Origin: Azolla caroliniana
Taxonomy: Eukaryota > Plantae > Polypodiophyta
DNA length: 64,000 bases
Reading direction: 5' to 3'
Assembly: GCA_043228905.1 (NCBI GenBank)
Contig: JBHGNT010000009.1
Coordinates: forward strand, 12,772,001-12,836,000
A model generated the notes under the pieces. The model saw only the letters and a list, made by a program, of their open reading frames with translations. It was not told the origin of the DNA and did not search any database. Made by a program: the position numbers and the translations under genes. Positions 12,329 to 25,963 of the stretch are shown piece after piece. Position 1 is the stretch's first letter. Every line of letters begins with the position of its first letter.

Positions 12329-14185
12329 TTAGTCGTCGCTCTCTGATTCTTTGCTGGGCCCGAACTGATCATCGTCGTCGCTCTCGTCCACGCCCTCTAG
12401 GTCCGGCTCGTCCTCGAACTGCTCCTTGAACGCTTTGATCCGCTTCCCGGCCATCGATACTGCTAGCCGTGTCCCGTCAAGTTCCGCGAGGTGGTACGTG
12501 CCGTTGTCGTTCGCGCTCGTCACCGTGTAGGGCCCGAACCATCTCCTCGCGAACTTTCGCACCGCCTTGTGCTGATTGTCGAGGCTGCTGTCGTGCACCA
12601 AGACCCAGTCGCCTTCCTCGATCTTCTTTGGTCGCAACCGGTGTGTCTAGTTGAACCGGGTCTTGTTCCATTCGCTTGCCGGCCGCAACTTTTCCTTTGC
12701 CCGTTTCATGTCCTCCGGCCTCGGCTCGAGTTGCCGAATCCGTGCAGCCAGCAACTCCTCCTGGCTCATCTCGTCCTTCCAATCTACCGCCGCCCACGAA
12801 GAAACCGTCCGTTCCACCGGCATGATCGGGTTCTGTCCATACATCAGCTCTGCCAGCATAAACCCTGTTACCGAACTGTGCGTAGTTCGGTCCGCCCATA
12901 GTGCGTAAGGAAGGAGTCGCGACCAATTCCCGACCTGCCCTCCGCATGCACGCACCAACGCCTTTACGATCGGCCCATGCCCACGTTCTACCTTCCCGTT
13001 CGCCTCCGGATTGTATGCCGTAGTGAGAGAGAGTTTGACCCCTAGTCGGTCGAACAACTCCTCAGCTTCCCATGCATCTAGCTCTCCCCGGTCCACCACG
13101 ATCCTCCCGACGCACCCGTACCGACACACTACCTCTTCGATCAGGAACCGGCATACCGCCGCGGTTGTCTTGTTCTACAGTGCACGGCCTTCCACCTGGT
13201 TCGTTAAGTCTTCTCGCGCAAGCACCAGGTATCGCATCTGTCCTACTCCCATCGGCATCATCACCAAGTCCACCATCCACTTGAAATGGACCGCAGGTGG
13301 GTAAGTCGGGTGTAGCTTGTCCCAATGTCGGACTACGGAGTGTATCTAACAGCTTTCACAAGTCGTTACGAACCGATGCACGTCCCGATATAGCCCCGAC
13401 CACCAGTACTTCTCCTTCAGTTTCTCGAACGTGGCCCACGTTCTACGGTGTCCGGCCTAGGGACTCTCGTGAAATGCCGCCAGTAGTTTCCCCTGTTCTT
13501 CTTTCTTTGCCACTACTCGGAGTGGGATGCGGTTTCTCTTCTTTGGGTGCCTCCATATGCACCTGTCCCGCAGGAAGAACCGATACGCCTTCTTCTGTAC
13601 CTGGATCGCCTCCTCTCTCGTCCATGCTGCGTCTGGTGTCATCGTCCGTAGGAACCTCCCGATTTAGAGCCACTCCCCGTCGTACCTGCTTTTGTCAAAT
13701 TCGTTAAGCGCCGGAGTGTCCCTTTTCCTTGTCGTTACGTTAGCCGACCCGAAGAAATCCTCGCCGATTTCTTCGTCATCCGAAACCATGCCATCTTCGT
13801 CGTTGAACCTTGCTCTCGAAAGCATGTCGGCCATGGCGTTGTCCTTTCCGGAGATGTGCCGTATCTCCGGGTTCAGGGACTTAATGTACGCTATCCACCA
13901 AAGCATTGCTAGGTCCGGCGTCGCGCATCCGGAAACCATGCTGAGTATCGGCAGACAGTCCGTCTCGACAATCACCTCCGTCCCGATCAGATAGTCCTTG
14001 TCATCCTTGACTGCCGAAACGATACCCCAAAGCTCGCGGTTAACATGGGCGTATCCTCGCTGCCACTCGCTCAATACCTTCGCCCCGAACCGGATCGGGA
14101 ACCGTACGCCATCCTTGTCCTCTTGACTGATTACCCACCCGATCCCGGTCGGGCTCGTGTCCACCGTCACGCAAATGGGGACATC
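12329..14185 (-). pseudogene. Gypsy C pol, RNase H and integrase (disrupted)
   Basis: TVDTSPTGIGW, ADMLSR, VDRGE, YNPEANGKVERGH, RRWFGPY. Confidence 0.88.
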
Positions 14186-14652
14186 TGTTAAGAAAACGTG
14201 AAGAAGGCACTCGGGCTCTTCTTATGTGCGCGGCGGATCGTAGTGTGCTGGATCGTTAGCGTGCTCTAAACAGACAGAGAAAGGAAAGGGGACTTACCTC
14301 TGTAGTAGCAAAATGGTTTTCTTCTATTACATGTAGAGCTCAACTTGCTCTCGTCAGTCTTCTGGTCTCACACTCTCTCTCAGAATTCTCTACTCACTAT
14401 TCTCTGTTTTTTCTTACTGCTTACTTCCTATTCACTCTCACTTACTTTTACCTAAGTCATAAGTTATTACACATGCAGCTAATTTGCTGCCAGTAGCTAA
14501 TTAGCTGTCAGTCGCTAAATAGCTGTTCACTAGCTAATTAGCTGTCACTAGCTAAATAACTGTTTTACCTTTTTGTTCACTAGTAGCTAAATAGCTACTA
14601 TAGCTTATTTCCCAATAAGCATCGCATACCATGTTGAGCTTGCTTCTCAACA
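14186..14652 (-). repeat. 3' LTR of Copia H
   Basis: Direct repeat of 19161-19664; contains a TAGCTAA(T/A)TAGCTG tandem array. Confidence 0.95.
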
Positions 14653-14670
14653 GTCCCCCTCAAGCTCAAC

Positions 14671-17600
14671 TTATCCTTTCTTGGGGTTATCTACAACTTC
14701 TTTTTCATGATGCTTTTCAGCCATCATATCAATGTCTACAACTCCCATCATGTTCCGAAACTGTGTATGCTTTTCCACACTCAATCCCTTTGTGAGAATA
14801 TCAGCAACCTGCTGATTTGTATTCACATACACCAGATCAACTTCTCCTTCAATCACTTTTTCTCTAACAAAGTGATAATGCACTTCAATGTGCTTTGTTC
14901 TTGCATGGAACACAGGGTTCTTTGCAAGTTGAATGCTGCTCATGTTGTCACACCAGATTGTGATAGTACCTTCTATATACTCTCCCAAATCAGCAAGCAA
15001 TCTTCTAATCCATACCTCTTCACAAGTGGCTATTGCAGCCCCTCTATACTCAGCTTCTGTACTGGACAATGCAACAGTAGCCTGTTTCTTGCTACTCCAT
15101 GAAATTCCTGCACTTCCCAAGGTAAACATGTATCCACTTGTGGATCTCCTGTCTGTTTGGCTTCCAGCCCAATCAGCATCTGTATATCCTTCCAGATTTA
15201 TGTCTAGATCAGCCCTGTAAAATAGTCCAAAGTTCTGAGTTGCTTTTACATACCTCAGAATCCTTCTGATGCAGTCCAAATGTGGCTTTGTTGGCTGTTG
15301 CATAAACTGGCTAACTAATCCAACAGCATAGCTCAAATCAGGTCTTGTTATAGTCAAATAAATAAGGCTGCCCACCATAGACCTGTACATGTTTACATCT
15401 TCTATCTTGGCTCCCAAATCAGCCCTCAACTTGCAGTTTTTATCAAGTGGTACAGCAATAGGTTTGCATCCAAGCATACCATACTTTTTCAACATAGTTG
15501 TTGCATACTGTTTTTGCAACATACATATACCACTTTCAGATCTGATGATTTCAATACCAAGAAAATATCTCAGATCTCCCAAATCTTTCATATGAAACTG
15601 CATTTCCATATTTTTTTTCAACTTTCTTATTTCATCCACGGAATCTCCTCCAATAATCAAATCATCTACATAAATCAGAATAATAACAATGCAATCATTT
15701 TCACTTTTTACATACAAAGAAGGATCAGCTTTTGACATTTTGAAACCAAGATTTTTCAGAGAATCTGAAAGTTCTCTGTGCCATGCTCTTGGTGCCTGTT
15801 TCAGTCCATAGAGAGCTTTTTTCAGCTTACATACATAATCAGGATGTTTCTTATCTTCAAAACCTGGTGGTTGACTCATATACACTTCTTCTTCCAAGTT
15901 ACCATGTAAAAAAGCATTTTTTACATCCATGTGATGCAAAATCCATTTTCTGGCTGCTCCTACAGCAAGTAGTGTTCTCAAGGTTGCCATCTTTGCAACC
16001 GGTGCAAAAGTCTCATCATAATCAATCCCTTGCATCTGAGCATATCCTTTTGCAACCAATCTTGCTTTATGTCTACTTACATTCCCATTGGAGTCATGCT
16101 TTGTCTTGTAGACCCATTTGCAGCCTACCACATTTTTCTCTTTTGGTAACTTCACTAAATCCCACGTTTTGTTCTCAGCCAATGCATCAATCTCTTCTTG
16201 CATTGCATCCATCCATTTCTTCTCAGATTTTGCTTCTTCAAAGCTGTTTGGGTCAGGGATCTGTACCACCTTAGACATATATGCATAGTGCATAGCCATA
16301 TATGTATCATACCCAAATCTTTCCACAGTCTTTTTCTCTCTATCTGATCTTCTCAGTTTCTGATTTGCATTCTTTATTGCCTTTTCCATACCAGGGATTT
16401 TCATTTCCTGTATTCCAAGGAAATCATCCAAAGACATATCTGAATCTTCATCTTCCATGTTTTTTGATAGGTCATCCGGGATTTCATACTCTGGCATTTT
16501 CTGTTTTCCTTTTTTGTCATCAGATTTTTTCTGTCCAGTTTTTCCACTCCATGAATTTGAATCAGATTTACCATCTGAGCTTTTTGATGGTCCAGAACAT
16601 TCTGTTGATGTTGGACTTTGCTGTCCAGCCTTGTCTCCATCTCTGTGACAGTCTTCTACATTTTCTGATCTGTCTTTGTCTTCATTTTGACAGTCTTCAT
16701 CAGTCTCTAGATTCTGTTTTGGGCTGTACCAACTAACCAACTCATCAAATATCACATCTCGACTTGTCACAATCTTTTTAGTCACCGGGTTATAACATCT
16801 GTACCCTTTTTGTTCTTCTGAATATCCAACAAAGATACATTTTTCTGCTTTTGGATCCAACTTACTTCTTACTTCTGCAGGCACATGTACATATGCAAGG
16901 CATCCAAACACTTTCAAGTGTTGTAAGCTAGGCTTCCTGCCATAAAAACACTCTTCAGGAGTTGCCTCATGTACTCCTGATGTAATACATCTATTTAAAA
17001 TGTAATTTGCTGTATTTACAGCTTCTGCCCAATAGTATAATGGCATGTTCTTCTCAGTCATCATTGCCCTTGCTATGTTCACCAAAGTTCTGTTTTTCCT
17101 CTCAGCAACTCCATTTTGCTGTGGAGTATATCGGCATGTGAACTGTCTTCTTATTCCCTGATTACACAAAAAATCAGAAAATTCATTGGAGAAATACTCT
17201 CCTCCTCCATCAGATCTCAAACATTTTATCCTAGTACCAGCCTGCTTTTCTACCATGCATTTAAACTTACGAAAACAGTCAAATACTTCACTTTTCTCCT
17301 TCATGAAGTACACCCATGTCTTTCGTGAACAATCATCAATAAATGTAACATAAAATCTGCATCCACCAATAGATGCATTCTTTGTTGGTCCCCATACATC
17401 TATATGTACCAAATCCAACAGATTTTTGCTTACATGTCTCTCATGAGGGAATGGCAACCTGTTTTGCTTACCATATTGACATGCTTCACATACTTTTCCC
17501 ATTTCACACTTTTTCAAGTTTGGCAGTCCAGCCACTGCATCTTTTCTCAACATATTCTTTAATGTTTGCATACTTATATGGCCAATCCTTTTATGCCACA

Positions 17601-19017
17601 TTTCCACATCTGAGATTACACTTGTTCCATTTGCAAACATGGCTGAAATCTGTTTGGGCATTTCTACATCCAAGATAAACATTCTTCCTTGTCTCTTCCC
17701 TTTTGCAATGAGCTTCCCATTCTTTTCTATATAGCATCCACTTGGCTTAAACTTTACTTGCATACCTTGCTCTACTATCTGTCCAACAGAAATTAGATTC
17801 TTAGCAAGATTTGGAACATGCATCACATCCAACATATACTTGGTTTTTCCTCTTTCTTCCCACAATGGGATATCTCCAACATGTTTTATTTGGTGAGTTG
17901 TGTCATCACCTGTTTGTACATAACCAAGAACCTCTGGTTCTCTTAAACTCTCAAACCAATTTGCATGTCCAGTCATATGGTTAGATGCCCCCGAGTCTAC
18001 ATACCACGTAAACTCTTCATTACATTTCTGTGAGCTTTCAGCCACTGCTGCTATCTCATGTTGCACTACAAAAACACCTTCCTTTTCACAATCTTCACTA
18101 GTAGAGGCATAGTTACTCTGTTGTCCTTTTCCTCTTTTCTCATCATTTTGTTTCTTGTAACATTCAGCCTGTGTATGGCCTGGTTTACCACAATACCAGC
18201 AGCCATCATCATTTACATAAGTTTGCTTACCTCTACCTCGGTTGCTCCCCCTGCCTCTGTTGTTGTTTCCTCCTCTATGAGCTTGTTGTCCTCTTCCTTG
18301 AAAGCCATTATTATTGGTTCTTCCTGAGCCAAATCTTCCATGGCCTCTTCCTCGGCCTCTTCCGGCATTATTATAGAGGGCTTGCCCCTCGTTCTCTGAG
18401 TTTCCTTTATTTGCATCATCCATCTGATTCCTTTCCTCTACCACAAGCATTGAGACCAGATCTGAAAAACTTGGGATACTATCCCTTGTGAGCATAGAAG
18501 TTTTAAAACTCTTGTATTGAGGTCCTAAGCCTCTTAAGCATATTTCCACTTTGTCATCATCTTCTATCTTCACATTGATAGAAGCAAGTGATTCACATAT
18601 ACTCTTGATTTTTAGGGCATATTCATTTATTGACATCTTACCTTTCCCCAATGTATTTAGCTCAGTCTTTAACTGGAGCTTTCTAGCCTTTGTGTTCACA
18701 GCAAACAGTTTTACCAAGTTGTCCCAAGCTTCTTTTGGGAGCATAGCATCTTGTATATGCCCAAGCATTGAATCTGAGATGCTGAGTGATAGCCAATGCA
18801 TTACTTTCCTTGCCCCTTGATTCCAATCTTTAAATGCCTTAATATGTGCAGCTGTTGCATTCTCTTCTGGGATCTCTGGAGCCTCTTATAGGTCTCCTTC
18901 AATGTAATCCCAGTATCCTTTCCCCATCAGAAAGTTTGTCATTCTGAATTTCCACGCCGGGAAATTGTTTTTATCTAGTTTCTCTGTGACCATTTGGCCT
19001 ACATTCTCTGCAGCCAT
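14671..19017 (-). CDS. Copia gag-pol polyprotein; intact except one in-frame TAA at codon 44 (18886-18888), with a 1376-aa ORF downstream
   Basis: ATG at 19017 in frame with ORF 14671-18801; [53 protein letters not shown]. Confidence 0.93.
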
Positions 19018-19160
19018 TTTTTTCCTTCCAAAAACCAGGGTTTTGCTTTAGTTACTTCAACAAGTAACTTTCTGATTTCTGATCAGCAACCAGAGAAATA
19101 ACTTTCTCAGATTAAGGCACTGCTATACTCTTCCTTACGAGCTACTCTGCTCTGATACCA

Positions 19161-19664
19161 TGTTAAGAAAACGTGAAGAAGGCACTCGGGCTCTTCTTAT
19201 GTGCGCGGCGGATCGTAGTGTGCTGGATCGTTAGCGTGCTCTAAACAGACAGAGAAAGGAAAGGGGACTTACCTCTGTAGTAGCAAAATGGTTTTCTTCT
19301 ATTACATGTAGAGCTCAACTTGCTCTCGTCAGTCTTCTGGTCTCACACTCTCTCTCAGAGTTCTCTACTCACTATTCTCTGTTTTTTCTTACTACTTACT
19401 TCCTATTCACTCTCACTTACTTTTACCTAAGTCATAAGTTATTACACATGCAGCTAATTTGCTGCCAGTAGCTAATTAGCTGTCAATCGCTAAATAGCTG
19501 TTCACTAGCTAATTAGCTGTCACTAGCTAAATAGCTGTTCACTAGCTAATTAGCTGTCACTAGCTAAATAGCTGTTTTACCTTTTTGTTCACTAGTAGCT
19601 AAATAGCTACTATAGCTTATTTCCCAATAAGCATCGCATACCATGTTGAGCTTGCTTCTCAACA
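19161..19664 (-). repeat. 5' LTR of Copia H (one extra 37-bp repeat unit)
   Basis: 504 bp versus 467 bp for the 3' LTR. Confidence 0.95.
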
Positions 19665-21292
19665 ACATCCTTGCCGTAAACCGCTTTTCGGAGAGCCGGT
19701 GCTACCGTAAGCGCCTCCTTTAGTCTCCGTACTGACTCCGTGTGCTCCGTCCTCCACTCAAAGCTACGCCCCTTTTTCAATTGCCCGTACAGAGGCTCCG
19801 CAACATGCGCGTAGTGCGGAATCCAGATGTGGTAGAACGCGCATGCTCCCAAGAATCTGCGGACCTTCGTGACCGACCCGCAATCGTCGCTTATCGCCGA
19901 GATGGCCTCCACCTTTGCCGGAGACGGTTTCCTATTGTAGGGCCCGCACAGGTGTCTGACCACCAAGATCTCCGACTGCCTGAACGCCGATTTTTCTCCG
20001 GAGAAGGTGAGTCGTGCGTTTTCGAGCTTCTGCAGCACCTTCTCGCAGTCGTTGATGTGGTTCACAACGAACCTCCGGCATCCGTCTGGCCCGACAGTCT
20101 CGTCCGCGTCATCCACAGGACACCCCTTTATCGGGATATCATCCAAGAATGGCATGGTGATGTCCAGGATGCAGTCCCTCAGCATCTTGTTCATTGCGTT
20201 CACCATATGCGCCATCGAATTCGTCCCGCCTTGTGGTAGGGTACACATCCGTACTAGGCCGAGAGGGGTTCTCATCGTTGTGATATCCCTGCTCTCAATT
20301 GCTAGTTGGAATTGGTCGTACCCCGAGTATAAGTCACCGACCGAATAGATCAACCTTCCAGCGAAGGCCTCCGCGAACTCATCTATGGTCGGTCCGATTC
20401 CTCCGTTACGGATGGTCATCCTGTTGACCGGTTGCAGGTCCTAAATGAAGCGAAGCGTGCCATTCTTCTTTGGCACCATAAACCACCAGTTCGAATACGG
20501 GGCACTCGACGGTTCGAGGATGCCCATCTCCACCCTCTACTTTAGAAGCTCCATCAACTTCGGGATGGGAGCTCTCGACACCAGAATTGGTTTGAGATTC
20601 CACGGTACATGCGGTATCGTGAAGATCACCATCGGTTCGACGATCATCAGGTCCACGCACCCGATCTCCTCCGGCGAGAACACGAAGGCTTTCCTATGCC
20701 TTCCGAGCATTCTTCGAAACCTTTCCTCCTCCATTGGCAGTAGGAAGCCACCCCCACCGACCTTGAGCTCCCGTAGCGTTATGTCGGTGAACTGGTGCTC
20801 TATGCCAGCTGGATTCCGTAAACTTGGGTCCGATGGGACCCCTTTTATCCGCTCCTCGCTGCCCTCCGGAAATGGTGCCGCGATTAGCCTCACCTTCCGG
20901 TTCACAGTCTTGTACTTTGTATCCACGCGGGCCATCTGATCCGACCCGATCCTTTCACCGAAGTCCGCGATGACTTCGTACATTCCCATCGAACGAACCG
21001 GAACGGTCTGGTCTTCTCTAAGGTCTTCACCAATCACCTTTCGCAACTCGCCCAAGGTGTCGTCAAAAGAGACCGCCTCCACGACGCCGCTGATCTCTTC
21101 GTCGGGGAAGAGGACTCCGCATCCCCTGAGCCGCTCCTCCGCTCGCTTCCTTTCTCGGCCGTTGACGCTGGCTATAGTACAACCTCCGTTTTCGGAAAAC
21201 CAAAACTTCCTACCTACTATACATGTGTGGGGTTCTTCCGGTTCGTCTGGACTACCGCGGCCCCACGCCTTGATAGCCCTCTCTAAAAATCC
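19665..21292 (-). pseudogene. Gypsy C pol, RT portion (in -1 frame relative to gag-PR)
   Basis: HVPWNLKP, DLYSGYDQF, LPQGGTNS, PFLDDIP; stops at ~20537 and ~20440. Confidence 0.88.
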
Positions 21293-23445
21293 CCTCGGTT
21301 GTCGCCGCCGAGGGTCTCGCGATTCCTCTCATGGTTCGGACGTACGGTCATGAATTGGACGGAACGCTGATCGTCCTGGCTCTTGACGCGCGCATACGCC
21401 GAACTGTTGTCCAACACCTTCGTCTCCATGCGTGCTGCCATAATGTATGGTTCGCCAAGAATCACCGGGTGCGAGGATGTTTCCTGCACGAAGAAATGTT
21501 GATCTATCTCGACGTCACCAACCTTTACGCATATATTCGGGCACGCACCATGTAGCTCCTTCGTAGCGCGCGTCACCATGTGTATCTTCCACCCATGCTT
21601 GGTGTTGATCGGCCATTTACCCCTCTTGTCGAAATCCATGGACATAAGGTTGATTTCAGATCCATGGTCTACCAAGGCCACCACCGGTTCCGGAACGTCG
21701 CCGATTTGCACAGGGGTTTCCGTAGTTGCCCTGGCCCAATGCTGCTTCACGTAGGGGATTTCCGCCAACTCGTATTCTAGGGCCACGTCTTCTAAGTGCG
21801 TAGCCCGCACCTCCACCGGCTTCTCCGGTTCTGGCTCTGTCGAGAGCCTCTTCCGCTTCACCAAGTCTACCATGGAGTCGTGGAACTCCCTCTTGGCGAT
21901 TCCCAACACCTCCCGCAACGACAACTCCACTTTACTGTCAAGGATACGTTCCTCCAGGACCTTTCGCAGGTCTGTGGCCCTTTCGATTTTGGTGCTCAAC
22001 CGAAACCCCGCCTGCTTCTTTCCGTCCGGCGCGCTTGGGTTGCCGGCACCGGTCGATTTCGATCCGAACCGGGTCTCATACCTCTGCGGGGGACCGACCC
22101 CTCTGGCCTTTCCTGCCCGTGTTTCCTCCACCAGAACCTCGTAGTTCTGGCAAGCGGCTTCTACGAAGCCCGTTTTCTCTTCGACCGGATCGTCCCAACC
22201 AGTGACCTCCTGGACCCTCTGCGCCGCGCGGTCCGCCTCTTCCTTCTTCAGCCGAATTCCGGAGAGGCCTTCTAGCACGAGCGGCCAGAATCCAGAGTCC
22301 TTCGCCTTCCGGGGCTCATCACCCCCGACCTGAATTCCCGTCGACACTGAGTAGTTAACGGCTTCAACATGCCGTGCCGCGGCCTCTTCCATCAACCTCT
22401 TCATTCCGCCGCGCCCCGTATTTAGTTCTAGGGCTCTCCAGGTCTCGCTCGCATGCACTCGCCCGTTCCAGAGGTACACCACGTTGGTCCTGAGTGTGTC
22501 GGCAAAATTAGCGCAATCCTTCCAAATGGGACCGATCGCGTCACACCATATGCACCGCTGCCCAGCCGGTGGCCTTCGGTCGCAAGGTTGTTCGCCGCTG
22601 TATCTCCGGGCCTGTGTGATCTGCAGGTCGCGTACCATCTGTGTCAGCTCCTCTAGAGCCACTCCTCCGAATGGGCCTCTGACCACGTCCTTCGATGCCG
22701 ACCCCGACTCTAGCCATATTCGGGTCTCTTCCTTCCTACCGGCCGGCACCGATACCGACTCCTCGAGCCTCTTCCCTGGGACCGACCCTGACCCCGACGA
22801 GCTTCCGTTGCTCCAATCGTGCCGTTTGTCGAAACGGCTGTAGACCCGTTTTACCACAGCCTAGTTTGCCGTGAGCCCTTCGTCCGTTTCCAATAGGGGA
22901 CCCACCTTTTCCCTGTCGAGCGCGTCCGCCGACTTAACAAATAGTAGTACTCGACTCGTTTCGAGCACCGTCCGGTCTAACGTCGACAGCCGCGCGAACC
23001 GTCTTTCGAACTCCTAGAGGAGCACCGACGTGTTCCTCCCTTTTCCGGGGTTTTCCACCCACGCCATGAAGTCCCGCCTCAACAGCCGAAGCGAGTCGTC
23101 AAACCCGAACTTCTCGAAGAGCTGCAGCTCGAACTCCTCCCAAGTCTGGCATCCGGCCAGCACCTCGAGCACCTCTGCGTGGATGCCCGGCGTCACCACC
23201 CGAGGGAATTCGGACAGCCGCCGGTCCACCGGGATATCCCTCATGATCATTTCGGTCCGGTAAGCCTCCAAATAACTTGTGGCGTCTTTCCCTCTGAACC
23301 GGCCTATAGAGCCGACGATTGATTCAATGGCTCTGTCGAGGGTACCCGTCCCCTCACGAGCGCTTACCAGCCGGTCGACGGCTACCGCCATTGCCTCTGC
23401 TAGCTCCGATCCCCTCATCTTTCGACTCCCTTGCCGCCCATTCAC
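21283..23445 (-). pseudogene. Gypsy C gag-protease
   Basis: ORFs 23014-23445 and 21283-22857; degenerate Zn knuckle CIWCDAIGP; protease ALVDHGSEINLM. Confidence 0.85.
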
Positions 23446-23458
23446 GTCTGGTTCACCA
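23441..23458 (-). promoter_or_regulatory. Primer binding site, tRNA-Trp (1 mismatch)
   Basis: Plus strand TTCACGTCTGGTTCACCA versus plant tRNA-Trp 3' end TTCACGTCGGGTTCACCA. Confidence 0.8.
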
Positions 23459-23462
23459 AATA

Positions 23463-23522
23463 TGTCGCGTTGTTACGCACCTACGTGTAGAAGGGTAGGA
23501 CCACGGGGGTCTTGGACCGAGG

Positions 23523-23563
<41 letters not shown>

Positions 23564-24150
23564 CACAGACACGCAGAAGCGAGAAGGAGAGATATAGAAC
23601 GGAACACTTGATTACAATAACAAGAGATTACAAACTCCGACGGTTACAACCGGCAAGGCGGCGATGGACCCGACACGGGGACCCTACTGACACACACAGA
23701 CGGAACACACTGGACCCAGAGAAACGCAGAAGGAAAAGCCTCTGCCAGTAGTGCACGGGCTACCCACGAAGCAGAGGCGTCGAACTCCCCCCCCCCCCCC
23801 CCCCCCGGGACCCACAGAGAATGACGGTCGGAGGAGGAGAGAGAGTTTGGCTCTCGGTCCTGCAGCACTTCATCCTCCTTAACGCGCGATATTTTCTCTT
23901 CCTTCTCTCCTCTCCTTAAATAGTTCCCAAAAAGGGGTGCCCCTTTCCCTAGTCAAATCGCTTTATTCCCTGTCCCTTCTGACAGAGATACGCACAATCC
24001 CTCCTAATAAATGTGCACTACTTAGTATTTACATAAGTTGATCCATTTATGAATCAATATCAAAATATCAATTCATGCTTCCATCCGTGTAAGAGCCTGT
24101 TCATGCGCCTTTTTGCCCGAATCCGCCTATGGTCGGTTTTCTTCACGACA
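23463..24150 (-). repeat. 5' LTR of Gypsy C
   Basis: Direct repeat of 11577-12259; followed by ACGG. Confidence 0.93.
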
Positions 24151-25365
24151 ACGGCATGACCGTATACTCGAAGTGCCCATATCTGGTGTGAAACGCGGTC
24201 TTCCATTCATCTCCTGGTCGGATCCATACGAGGTTATAGGCTCCCCCATAAGTCGATCTTCGTGAAGAACCTTGCACCATTGATCTGTTTAAAAGACTTG
24301 AGATAAGGGGAAGTGCATACCTATTTCTGATTGTAACTTATTCAAGCCACGATAATCTACAACAAGACGAAGTGATCCATCCTTTTTCTTGACGAAGAAA
24401 ATGGGTGCGCCGGCTGGAGATTTTGAATGCCGAATGAAACCATTTTCCAAATTCTCCTCTATATAGACTCAAAGGACTTCCAGTTCGGTTGGTGACAAAT
24501 TGTAGATCGGTCCCCATGTCCTTTCCCGGTTGTAAATCGATGGGGCAATCATATGGTCGATGGTGAGGAAGCGTATTGGCTTGTACTTTATCGAACACAT
24601 CGGCATAATGACGATACTTCTCTAGAAGTTGAACGGTGAACTCCTCTTTAGTGGTGTTGGAGGGTTTTACTGATATTGCGAAGAGAAACATTTCCTCCTT
24701 GCGTCATTCCTCACGCAACTAATGTAGCGAAATGGCTGCAATCTTCTGAGTAGATCCTCGGGTTTATCGACACCAAATTTCTCTTGTTCTCCAATCTATG
24801 TCTGGGTTATGTAACTCGAACCATGGTAATCCCAAAACAATGGGATGTTCTGGGATACTAATTATATTAAATGATACTTCACACGCTAAGTTATCTAGGA
24901 CAATATTAACGGGCTCTGACTCTTCTATGATATTTCCGGAAGCAATGGGATGACCATCAATGACTACTACAGAGGCTGGACAAGGGAGTTTTTTGAGAGA
25001 TATCTGATGAGCTTGGGCAAAATTCCTAACCATGAAGCAAGAATTATCTACGAACACATTGCTAACTTTCTTAGAGGGAATGGAACCACTAATGGGTTGC
25101 ACAGATCTAGGGTTGTCCAACCAAACGACTCCTATTTTGGCTGAACTTAGTCGTTTAACTCTTCTTCTAACTGACTAAGGACATCAAATTTGTTCACTAG
25201 ATCTGGGCTATTAGTACTATTAGTACTATCCGATATTCCTACTAAAATAGACTCGGGTTTAGTACAATTAGAACTAGAAACTATTTGGTTTACCTGTCTT
25301 CTTGGTCTATGGGGACAATTTACTGCAATATGCCCTGGTCCACCGCAATAAAAACAGAGATGTCG
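24151..25365 (-). pseudogene. Gypsy element K gag end, protease and RT N-terminus (decayed)
   Basis: Zn knuckle CFYCGGPGHIAVNC (~25310-25355); IVLGLPWFELHNPDIDW; LPHHRPYDCPIDL. Confidence 0.8.
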
Positions 25366-25963
25366 TAGAAGGACCGTCCCACCAAGGAGATTCGGACGAA
25401 ATTGAAGGCCAACAAAGTTTTATCAATCGGATCTCGACTACATCCATTACACTAATGCAGGCGAACCCAGCACATATGAAGAAGCTATGGCCGCACCGGA
25501 CACTGATGGATGGCTACAAGCCATGAAATCCGAAATGAACTCAATTCATCGGAATCAGACATGGGAGCTGGTCGAACTACTGGCTGGAAGAAAGCCACCA
25601 CCTTGCAAATGGGTTTTCTGATACAAATATGTATCTGACTCAAAGAAACCAAAGTACAAAGCTTGGCTTGTCGCGAAAGGGTTCAAACAAGAACATGGGG
25701 TCGACTACAACAAGATATTCTCACCAGAAGTCACAATGACCACGCTCAGACTCATACTAGGACTTGTGGCGACAGAAGACCTAGACCTAGAGTAGCTAGA
25801 TGTAAATACGACATTCCTACACGGAGATATGGAAGAAGACATTTACATGTCTCAACCAGTAGGCTTCACAACAACGGGGGAGGAAAGTCACCTCGTATGC
25901 CGCCTGAAGAAATATCTCTATGGCTTGAAACAAGCGTCGAGAATGTGGTACCAGAAGTTCGAC
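25366..25963 (+). pseudogene. Orphan Copia RT fragment without LTRs
   Basis: GEPSTYEEAM, WLQAMKSEMNS, TWELV, LVAKGFKQ, FLHGDMEEDIYM, LYGLKQASRMWYQKFDS. Confidence 0.8.

Larger units (their letters stand above)
14186..19664 (-). mobile_element. Ty1/Copia LTR retrotransposon H, full length, young and AT-rich
   Basis: LTRs 14186-14652 and 19161-19664; perfect TSD ACATC; PBS tRNA-iMet 19149-19160; PPT next to 14653. Confidence 0.97.
11577..24150 (-). mobile_element. Ty3/Gypsy LTR retrotransposon C (tRNA-Trp-primed), full length, containing Copia H
   Basis: LTRs 11577-12259 and 23463-24150; 4-bp TSD ACGG; PBS 23441-23458; PPT 12260-12272; gag, PR (DHGSEIN), RT (FLDD), RH and INT on the minus strand. 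Confidence 0.93.
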
